From Pseudomonadota bacterium (lineage in GTDB: Archaea > Thermoplasmatota > SW-10-69-26 > JACQPN01 > JAJPHT01): DNA of 64,000 nt. The position numbers were made by a program, and so were the translations under genes. Below are positions 29,660 to 38,360 of this stretch, piece after piece. The notes beneath the pieces were generated by a model, which was not told the origin of the DNA, did not search any database, and saw only the letters and a program-made list of their open reading frames with translations. Positions within the stretch are counted from its first letter, which is position 1. Every line of letters starts with the position of its first letter. Location of the stretch: positions 128,001-192,000 of the forward strand of contig JAJPHT010000046.1 of NCBI GenBank assembly GCA_021325135.1, given 5' to 3'.

Positions 29660-30772
29660 ATGACGAAGTCCGTCTCCAATTTCGAGGACTGGGTCGACCT
29701 CTTCCACCAGTGGCAGAAGGACATCGGCTACGACACGACGCTCCTGGGCGACTTCCAATTCGAATCGAAGTTCGCCGACGAGGACTCCCCCGTCATCGAG
29801 TTCGGCGACTACAAGGGCCGCCCCAAGTGGCAGACCTTCAACCAGATCCCCAACCAGCAGGTGAAGGACGCCCTCCTCTCCCTCATCGTCTACCAGGGCG
29901 ACACCGAGTTCGCCAGCGTCGAGCAGCAGCGCCACCTCGTCAGCACCGCGCCCAGCGACTACGACCTCAAGAGCCTCGTGCGCATCAACTCCGAGGAGAT
30001 GCGCCACGGCTGGCAGATGGCCACGCTCCTCGTCAACCACTTTGGCGAGACCGGCAAGGTCGAGGCCGCCAAGCTCCTGGAGCGCCGCAGCTGGGACAAC
30101 CAGCGCCTCCTGGGCAGCTTCAACGAGCCCGTGCGCCACTGGCTCGACTTCTTCGTCTTCACCGAGTTCGTCGACCGCGACGGCAAGTACCAGCTGAAGA
30201 TGCTCTCGCGCAGCGCCTTCTCGCCCCTCGCGCGCAGCATGGGCCCCATGCTCAAGGAGGAGGCCTTCCACCTGGGCACGGGCCACACGGGCCTGCGCCG
30301 CGTCGTGCAGGCCGGCAAGATCCCGACGCCGCTCCTCCAGAAGTACGTCAACCACTGGGTCCCCACCGCCTACGACCTCTTCGGCAAGGACGCCAGCAGC
30401 ACCGCGCACTGGGCCTACGTCTGGGGCATCAAGTGCCGCTTCAACGAGCTGGAGACCGAGGACGCGGTGGACAAGAAGACGCTCAACGACTACAACCGCA
30501 CGCTCTACTACAACGAGTGCGTCGAGCTCATGGACCAGCTCAACACCATCGTCCCCGCGAGCCAGCCCAAGCTCGTCGCGCCCTCGCTGAAGTTCAACCG
30601 CAAGATCGGCCAGTGGGAGGGGCAGAAGTTCACCGTCGAGGGCGAGGCCTTCCACGGCAGCGACGCCGCCTACGCGGACTACCTCAAGAGCGTGCTGCCC
30701 AGCGCCGAGGACGAGGCGCGCCTCGCGGAGATCTTCAAGACCCACGACTGGATCGCGCCCAAGGGGAAGTGA
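29660..30772 (+). CDS. BoxB/PaaA-like diiron aryl-CoA epoxidase subunit
   Basis: QGDTEFASVEQQRHL..APSDYDL, EEMRH, FVDRDGKYQL, EEAFH (two ExxH diiron motifs). Confidence 0.88.
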   Translation: MTKSVSNFEDWVDLFHQWQKDIGYDTTLLGDFQFESKFADEDSPVIEFGDYKGRPKWQTFNQIPNQQVKDALLSLIVYQGDTEFASVEQQRHLVSTAPSDYDLKSLVRINSEEMRHGWQMATLLVNHFGETGKVEAAKLLERRSWDNQRLLGSFNEPVRHWLDFFVFTEFVDRDGKYQLKMLSRSAFSPLARSMGPMLKEEAFHLGTGHTGLRRVVQAGKIPTPLLQKYVNHWVPTAYDLFGKDASSTAHWAYVWGIKCRFNELETEDAVDKKTLNDYNRTLYYNECVELMDQLNTIVPASQPKLVAPSLKFNRKIGQWEGQKFTVEGEAFHGSDAAYADYLKSVLPSAEDEARLAEIFKTHDWIAPKGK

Positions 30773-30776
30773 GCGC

Positions 30777-31397
30777 GTGACGATCGCCCACGTCACGGGC
30801 GGCGTCAGAGGCCTCGCTCCGAAACGCTATCTCGCGGAGCCCGCGTTCCTCGCGAACCTCAAGCCCCTCTTCTGGGCCAACCAGGCCCACGAGGCGGACG
30901 CCTACGAGGCGCTCATCTACGCGCTCCACCCCCCCGCGCACGCGGACTTCGCCAACCGCCTCCTCTCCTTCCGCCAGCAGGGCAACGTCGCCGCGCTGGG
31001 CAAGAAGGAGACCGAGGACCGGCTCGCGCGCGTCATGCGCACCATCCGTTACCCCGGGGTGGAGCCGCTGCTGGACCTCGCGGGCACGGAGGGGCTCACG
31101 CTCCCGCGCTTGACGACGATCCTGCACTTCCACCACCCCGCGTACCCCATCTACTCGCAGGACCTCGTGGACGGCCTCAACATGCTGGGCATCCCCTGCG
31201 TCTACCGCGAGGAGCTGACGGAGGAGTCGGTGGCGGACTACGCGGGCGTCATGGCCGCGCTGGACCGCCTGAAGACGGGCGTCACCTTCGAGAACGTGCC
31301 CGAGAGCAACTGCTATCTCACGCGCGTTGTCGAGGGCGCCCTCGTGCAGTACGCGCGCGAGTCCCGCGAGAGGCCGCAGGCGAACCTCGGGTTCTGA
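30777..31397 (+). CDS. hypothetical protein (possible degenerate helix-hairpin-helix fold)
   Basis: Starts 4 nt after the boxB-like gene; GLTLPRLTTILHFHHPAYPIY resembles HhH-GPD-type segments. Confidence 0.65.
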   Translation: MTIAHVTGGVRGLAPKRYLAEPAFLANLKPLFWANQAHEADAYEALIYALHPPAHADFANRLLSFRQQGNVAALGKKETEDRLARVMRTIRYPGVEPLLDLAGTEGLTLPRLTTILHFHHPAYPIYSQDLVDGLNMLGIPCVYREELTEESVADYAGVMAALDRLKTGVTFENVPESNCYLTRVVEGALVQYARESRERPQANLGF

Positions 31398-31400
31398 GGC

Positions 31401-31949
31401 TCACGGCAGCGTGCTCTGCACGTCGCCCGACGTGCAGGCGACCTGGGGCAGGGCCGTGCCGGAGCCCCACGACGCGCCGCCCTGGTTCGCGTCGCCCACC
31501 GCGAGGAGGTAGAGGGCGCCGTAGGAGCTGACGCCCTCGGCGCAGAGGCCGTTGTAGGAGGCCTGGCCCTCCCACACGGACTCGCCCACGGAGGGGTGCG
31601 GCTGCGAGTAGTCCGTGCTGCCGACGTAGGCGAAGTAGCCGTGGCTGCCGTAGGCGTAGTCGTAGCCATACGAGGGGTTGTCGTAGCTCTGGTACGCGCT
31701 CTGCGCGCCGGCCTGCGCGACGTAGCCCGCGGGGAGGCCGCTCACCGTGACGGCCGTGGAGTTGGACTGCGCGTAGCCCGTGCCGCCGTAGAAGTCGGTG
31801 TACGAGTCGCGGCACGAGGAGGTGCTGGCGTCGACGAGGACGCCGCCGGCGCCCGCCTGGCGGTCCAGGGCCTGGCACTGGGGCGTGGCGAGGGCGGAGG
31901 AGGCGGAGAGCGCGAGCAGGCCGAGGATGATGGCAAAAGACCGGATCAT
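31401..31949 (-). CDS. secreted Tyr/Gly/Ser-rich protein (4 Cys)
   Basis: Signal peptide MIRSFAIILGLLALSASSALA. Confidence 0.75.
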   Translation of the reverse strand: MIRSFAIILGLLALSASSALATPQCQALDRQAGAGGVLVDASTSSCRDSYTDFYGGTGYAQSNSTAVTVSGLPAGYVAQAGAQSAYQSYDNPSYGYDYAYGSHGYFAYVGSTDYSQPHPSVGESVWEGQASYNGLCAEGVSSYGALYLLAVGDANQGGASWGSGTALPQVACTSGDVQSTLP

Positions 31950-32017
31950 GGGACGATTCCCGGAGCCGCACGCTGCCGCCGGCCGTTTGAGCGTGTCGTC
32001 CGCGCAGCCGGGGCGCG

Positions 32018-32611
32018 TCAAGCGGCGCGCAGCACGCGGAGGATGTCCTCGCCGTAGCGCTCCACCCGCGCCTCGCCCATGCCGGGCACGCCGCGAAGCG
32101 CCTCCGGCGTGCCGGGCTTGCGGCGCGCGATCTCGCGAAGCGAGCGGTCCGGCGCGACGATGAAGGCGGAGATCGCCCGCTCGCGCGCAACGCCCAGGCG
32201 CCACTCGCGCAGCGCGCGGAAGCGCGCCTCTTCCTCCTCCGAGAGCGGCGCCTCGGAGGGCGCCTTCTCCTCGCTCCACGCGATCTCGCTCCCCGCCTCC
32301 GGCGGCGCCTCGCTCTCCGCGGCCTCGAAGGGCGCGTCGTCGACGCGGTGCGTCCACGCCGGAGTGCCCTCCAGGCGCAGGCATTGTCCCCCGGGACGGC
32401 CCACCTCCAGGAGGAGCCGGCCCTCGACGGTCCACACCTTGGGCTTGGGGCCGCTCATCCAGAAGTCGGGGGACGTCCCCTTGCGCAGGCCGTGGACCAC
32501 GACGCTGCCGTCGTCCTTGACCACGAGGAGGAGCGCGCCCTGGGCCTCGCGTTTCACGCCCTTCCCGACGTAGGTCAGGGTGGCGTCGTGGAGCAGCGCC
32601 GCCAATGCCAC
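32018..32611 (-). CDS. NucS N-terminal-like domain fused to an HRDC domain
   Basis: TYVGKG...LLLVVKDDGSVVVH...PDFW (NucS-N like); FRALREWR...AFIVAPDRSLREIA.RKP...GVPGMGEARVERYGEDIL (HRDC). Confidence 0.78.
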   Translation of the reverse strand: MALAALLHDATLTYVGKGVKREAQGALLLVVKDDGSVVVHGLRKGTSPDFWMSGPKPKVWTVEGRLLLEVGRPGGQCLRLEGTPAWTHRVDDAPFEAAESEAPPEAGSEIAWSEEKAPSEAPLSEEEEARFRALREWRLGVARERAISAFIVAPDRSLREIARRKPGTPEALRGVPGMGEARVERYGEDILRVLRAA

Positions 32612-32771
32612 GCAGCCGGCGGGCGGCAGCGGCCCCGTCAACCTTTGGGGGAGCGGGCCGGAAGTGGTCGGCGAGGGTCCAGAAAGCAGTGGCAAGTGAA
32701 CCGTTCTCCGCGCCGCGCCGGGGCGGGGCTCGCCTTCTTCACCCCCGCGCGCCCTCCCGCCTCCGGTTCTC

Positions 32772-33611
32772 ATGACCCTTCGACGGATGGCTCCCCTCTT
32801 CGCTCTGCTCCTTGTCGCCTCGGCCTTCGCGTGGTTGGCACCCCCCGCCGCCGCCGAGGATTGCATGGACACCAGCATCTGCAACAGCGTGCTCCAGTGC
32901 GTGGCCGGCCTTGAGCAGCACCCCGCGGTCATCTGCGCCATCGTCGACGTCCAGTGCGTCGACCTCATCGGCTGCTGCCAGTCCGGGCCTGCGGTCTCGT
33001 GCTACGTGGATGCGGGCAACTGCGGCGCCACGGGCGCGTTCGTGACGCTCTTCACGCAAGGGACGGCCCGCACCTCCGCCTGCGTCGACGCGTGCGGCGT
33101 CGGCGCCGGCTACAGCCTGGGCGTGGGCTCGGTGACGAGCGCGGGGTGCGTCACCGCGTGCGCGCTGCCCAGCGTGGGCGTCGTCGTCTTGGGCAAGCCC
33201 TTCTGCGTCACCGGCGTGCCCAGCGGCCCGCCCGGCGCCACCCGCTGCACGCTCTACGGCGGCTATCCGGGCCAGGACGGCGTCGTGATCGACTTCCCGC
33301 CCACGGGCCCCGGCGGGGGCGACGTGCCCCTCTGCGCGGGCCTGGGCTGCCCCGCCGCCACGCCGGTGGGCCTCGTCGTGAACAACGCGCCGGAGTGCGC
33401 CGGCGCCCCCACCCTGTGCAGCCTTCCCGGTCCTGGCTGGACCGTGGGTGTTGGCACCACCTGCGTGGGCGCCCCGTGGATCGGCACCACCCCCGCCCTC
33501 CCCGGCAACCCGCCCTCCTCGTGCCCCGGCGGCACGACCATCGGCATCACCGTCATCTGGGGCACGACGCCCGTCCTGGGAGGCCCGAACTACAACGCGT
33601 TCTGCTTCTGA
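32772..33611 (+). CDS. secreted Cys-rich protein (22 Cys)
   Basis: Signal peptide ending PAAA; Gly/Pro/Val/Cys-rich, few charged residues. Confidence 0.75.
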   Translation: MTLRRMAPLFALLLVASAFAWLAPPAAAEDCMDTSICNSVLQCVAGLEQHPAVICAIVDVQCVDLIGCCQSGPAVSCYVDAGNCGATGAFVTLFTQGTARTSACVDACGVGAGYSLGVGSVTSAGCVTACALPSVGVVVLGKPFCVTGVPSGPPGATRCTLYGGYPGQDGVVIDFPPTGPGGGDVPLCAGLGCPAATPVGLVVNNAPECAGAPTLCSLPGPGWTVGVGTTCVGAPWIGTTPALPGNPPSSCPGGTTIGITVIWGTTPVLGGPNYNAFCF

Positions 33612-33639
33612 GCGCGCTGGCGGGCCCCCCGGTGTGGCC

Positions 33640-35337
33640 TCACCTGTGGGCGAAGTAGAGCGTCAGCTCCGGCTCGTGCGCGTCGACCCGCGCGAACCCC
33701 ACGCGCTCCAGCTGCACGATGGTGCCCACGGGCTCGCGGGCCAGCGCCGGCTCCGCGAGGCCCGCCTGCACGGTGGCGTCGGGCATGACGAGGCGCGCGG
33801 GGACGGCGTCGGGGCCGACCCACTGCACGATGGGCGCGCGGTGCTGCTTCGCCCACGCCAGGTCGTTGTTGGCGTAGCGCGCCGCGCCCGCGGCGACCTC
33901 CACGTTGGCGAGATCCTTGAGGCGCAGTGGACCGTCGCGCAGGTCCTCCGCGGGCACGCGCACGTGGATGGGGCTCGCGAGGCGGACGTGCCGCGCGCCG
34001 CGCTCGGGGTGATCCGGGTGGAACGGCGCGCGGGCCTCCAGCTCGTGCGCGCCCGCGACGCTGAGGCTGCGCGGCTCGGGCACGAAGAAGTAGCGGTTGA
34101 CCCGGGGCTCCAGCACCTTCTTGTTCTCGGCCTCCAGCGTGACCTGGCTGGCGGCGACGTCCTTCTCGCTGATGCCGAAGGAGAGCCAGAAGTTGCGGAT
34201 CCCTTCGGGGGTGAAGCCGCGGCGGCGCAGCGCGGGGAACGTGGGCAGGCGCGGGTCGTCCCACCCGGTGTACTCGCCCGCCTCGATGGCCTTGTTGAGG
34301 AGGCTCTTGCTGAACTTGCCGAACTCGTGCACGCTGACGCGGCCCCAGTAGGTGGTCTCGGGGTACGTCCAGCCCAGGTGCTCGTAGAGGAACTCCTGCT
34401 TGGCCGTGCTATCACGAAGGTCCTTGCCACGGATGATGTGCGTGACGCCCTCGTCGTGGTCGTCCACCGCGCTCTGGAAGTCCAGGAGCGGCCAGACCTT
34501 GTAGCGGTCGCCCACGCGGGGGTGCGGCTCCTCCGCGATGCGGAAGGCGACCCAGTCGCGCAGCGCCGGGTCCTTGTCCTGCATGCTGGTCTTCACGCGC
34601 ACGGCCACGGTGCCGCGCCGGTACTTGCCCGCCAGCATGTCGCCCCACTTGGCGAGGTTCTCCTCCGCGCTCTGCCCGCGGTGGGGGCAGTCCTCGGCGC
34701 GCTCCTTGTGCGCGCGGAACGCGTCCCCCTCGCACTCGCAGACGTAGAGCGCGCCCATCTCCAGCGCCTGCCGCGCGACCTCGTAGTGCCGCTCGATGCG
34801 GTCGCTGGCGTAGATCACTCGGTCGGGCCTGCGCCCCGTAAGCCACTCGACGGTCTCCTGGAACATCTCGTAGGCGGGGGGCCAGGGCGGCTTCACCGTG
34901 GTGTCCGTGTCGTCGAAGCGCAGGATGAACGTCCCGTCGTACATGCGCTTGTACTCGTCCGTGATGACCATGCCGCGGCCGTGCCCGAAGTGCGGCGGCC
35001 CCGAGGGGTTGGGCGCGAGGCGCAGCACGACCTTGCCCTTCGTGGCGTTGGCCAGCGGCTTCAGCGGCCCTTCGCGCTCGGCGCGCTCGCGCTTCACCAG
35101 CGTCGACTCGACCTCGGCGAAGGCGGCCTTCTGCGCGTCGGGCGCCATGGCGTTGACCTCCGCCACGACGGCCGCGATGAGGGGCTGCATCTCCTTGGCG
35201 CGCGCCCGCAGGTCGCCGGCCTCGCCCATGACCTTGCCCACGACGGCGCCCGGCGTCGCCTGGCCGCCGAACTTCACCGCGTTCTCCAGCGCGTACTTCC
35301 GCGCCAGGGCCCGCACCGTCGACTCGAAGTCGCTCAC
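33640..35337 (-). CDS. gltX: glutamate--tRNA ligase (archaeal type)
   Basis: RKYALENA, RLAPNPSGPPHFGH, LRFDDTD, THIIRGKD, KFSKS, GWDDPRL, QLERVGF. Confidence 0.96.
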   Translation of the reverse strand: MSDFESTVRALARKYALENAVKFGGQATPGAVVGKVMGEAGDLRARAKEMQPLIAAVVAEVNAMAPDAQKAAFAEVESTLVKRERAEREGPLKPLANATKGKVVLRLAPNPSGPPHFGHGRGMVITDEYKRMYDGTFILRFDDTDTTVKPPWPPAYEMFQETVEWLTGRRPDRVIYASDRIERHYEVARQALEMGALYVCECEGDAFRAHKERAEDCPHRGQSAEENLAKWGDMLAGKYRRGTVAVRVKTSMQDKDPALRDWVAFRIAEEPHPRVGDRYKVWPLLDFQSAVDDHDEGVTHIIRGKDLRDSTAKQEFLYEHLGWTYPETTYWGRVSVHEFGKFSKSLLNKAIEAGEYTGWDDPRLPTFPALRRRGFTPEGIRNFWLSFGISEKDVAASQVTLEAENKKVLEPRVNRYFFVPEPRSLSVAGAHELEARAPFHPDHPERGARHVRLASPIHVRVPAEDLRDGPLRLKDLANVEVAAGAARYANNDLAWAKQHRAPIVQWVGPDAVPARLVMPDATVQAGLAEPALAREPVGTIVQLERVGFARVDAHEPELTLYFAHR

Positions 35338-35480
35338 AGGCGCGCGATGGGGGGCCTCGTCTTTAGAGCTTCGGCGCGGGTCGCTGGCTGCCCACCGAAA
35401 ATCCTTCAAGCCCCAGGGCGATGGGGCCAGGCTCGCCCCTGCCCCCACGACGCGCAGGGCCAGCTTGGGGAACGTGAACC

Positions 35481-36683
35481 ATGGCCAAGGTCCTCTGCGT
35501 GCTCTACGACGATCCCACCACCGGCTACCCTCCGAAGTACGCGCGCGATCGCATTCCCGAGATCACGCGATACCCGGGCGGCGCCTCGACGCCCACGCCC
35601 AAGGGGCGCGACTTCGTGCCCGGCGAGCTGCTGGGCTGCGTCTCGGGCGCCCTGGGGCTGCGCGGCTTCCTGGAGAGGGGCGGGCACGAGCTCGTCGTGA
35701 CCTCCGACAAGGACGGGCCCGGCTCGGTCTTCGAGCGCGAGCTTCCCGACGCGGACGTCGTCATCTCGCAGCCCTTCTGGCCCGCGTACCTCACCGCCGA
35801 GCGCATCGCCAAGGCGAAGAGCCTCAAGCTCGCCATCACCGCGGGCATCGGCTCCGACCACGTCGACCTGCAGGCGGCCTCCGAGCGCGGCGTCACCGTC
35901 GCCGAGGTGACCTACTCCAACAGCATCAGCGTCGCCGAGCACGTCGTCATGATGATCCTCGGCCTCGTGCGCAACTACATCCCCTCCCACCAGGTGGTCG
36001 TCGAGGGCGGCTGGAACATCGCGGACTGCGCGTCGCGCTCCTACGACCTGGAAGGCATGCAGGTGGGCTCCGTGGGCGCGGGGCGCATCGGCTCCGCGGT
36101 GCTGCGGAGGCTGAAGCCCTTCGACGTGGGCCTGCACTACACCGAGCGCCACCGCCTCCCCGCGCAGGTGGAGAAGGAGCTGGGCCTCACGTACCACGCC
36201 TCGGTCGCGGAGATGGTCGCCGCGTGCGACGTCGTCACCATCAACACGCCCCTCTACCCCGAGACGGAGAACCTCTTCGACGCCGCGATGATCTCCAGGA
36301 TGCGGCGTGGCGCCTACCTCATCAACACCGCGCGGGGCAAGATCTGCAACCGCGACGCGGTGGCCAAGGCGCTGGAGTCGGGCCACCTCGCGGGCTACGC
36401 GGGCGACGTGTGGTTCCCGCAGCCCGCGCCGCAGGACCACCCGTGGAGGACGATGCCCCACCACGGCATGACGCCCCACGTCTCGGGGACGAGCCTCTCG
36501 GCGCAGGCGCGCTACGCGGCCGGCACGCGGGAGATCCTGGAATGCTGGCTGGAGAAGCGGCCCATCCGCGAGGAGTACCTCATCGTGGCGGGCGGCAGGC
36601 TCGCCGGGACCGGCGCCGTCTCCTACGGCGCGGGCAACGCGACGCGCGGCTCCGAGGAGGCCGCCCGCTTCAAGAAGGCGTGA
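35481..36683 (+). CDS. fdh: NAD-dependent formate dehydrogenase (metal-independent)
   Basis: MAKVLCVLYDDP, ISQPFWPAYLT, TAGIGSDHVDL, GAGRIG, NTARG, GDVWFPQP, MTPH.SG. Confidence 0.96.
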   Translation: MAKVLCVLYDDPTTGYPPKYARDRIPEITRYPGGASTPTPKGRDFVPGELLGCVSGALGLRGFLERGGHELVVTSDKDGPGSVFERELPDADVVISQPFWPAYLTAERIAKAKSLKLAITAGIGSDHVDLQAASERGVTVAEVTYSNSISVAEHVVMMILGLVRNYIPSHQVVVEGGWNIADCASRSYDLEGMQVGSVGAGRIGSAVLRRLKPFDVGLHYTERHRLPAQVEKELGLTYHASVAEMVAACDVVTINTPLYPETENLFDAAMISRMRRGAYLINTARGKICNRDAVAKALESGHLAGYAGDVWFPQPAPQDHPWRTMPHHGMTPHVSGTSLSAQARYAAGTREILECWLEKRPIREEYLIVAGGRLAGTGAVSYGAGNATRGSEEAARFKKA

Positions 36684-36725
36684 TCGCCGGTCCACGTGCG
36701 TTTCTCGCTGCGGGGGCGGGACGGC

Positions 36726-38033
<1,308 letters not shown>

Positions 38034-38039
38034 GATGGC

Positions 38040-38331
38040 TTGTCTCGTGGGCGGGACGTCCTCAGCGCGAAGCGCGCAGGGGTTCCGTATCGCCTGCAAC
38101 CGCGACGACCCTTCGCGCCGCAGCGCGTGGGGGCCTCGCGGACGGGGGCAGACCGACCTTGAAAAGGGGCGATCGCGGGCTGCCTTGCCGGAATGTACCG
38201 ATTCCAGGCCTACCGAGACGGGCATCCCATATGAACCCTCGTCTTTCCGGCCGGTGGGTTCCGGGCCGGCCTCCCTTCTCAGGGCCCCGGCGGAAGTTAG
38301 GATTTCCACCCCGGTTTCCGCGGTTTTATAT
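38040..38331 (-). promoter_or_regulatory. TATA box (ATATAAAA 38331-38324) plus ~270-nt potentially structured leader of the helicase
   Basis: Only canonical TATA in the interval; several pairable segments; CCCCTTTT mid-leader. Confidence 0.5.
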
Positions 38332-38360
38332 CGCGGCCGACCCCCTCGCCGGGGCTGGCG

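Noticed and set aside
38200-38290. Hammerhead ribozyme or TPP riboswitch (CTGAGA...GAAA; CTGAGA...GAACC)
   Set aside because: The core reads CUGAGAA rather than CUGANGA and stem I pairs only about 3 bp; the TPP CUGAU and AGCGUAGGGA elements are missing
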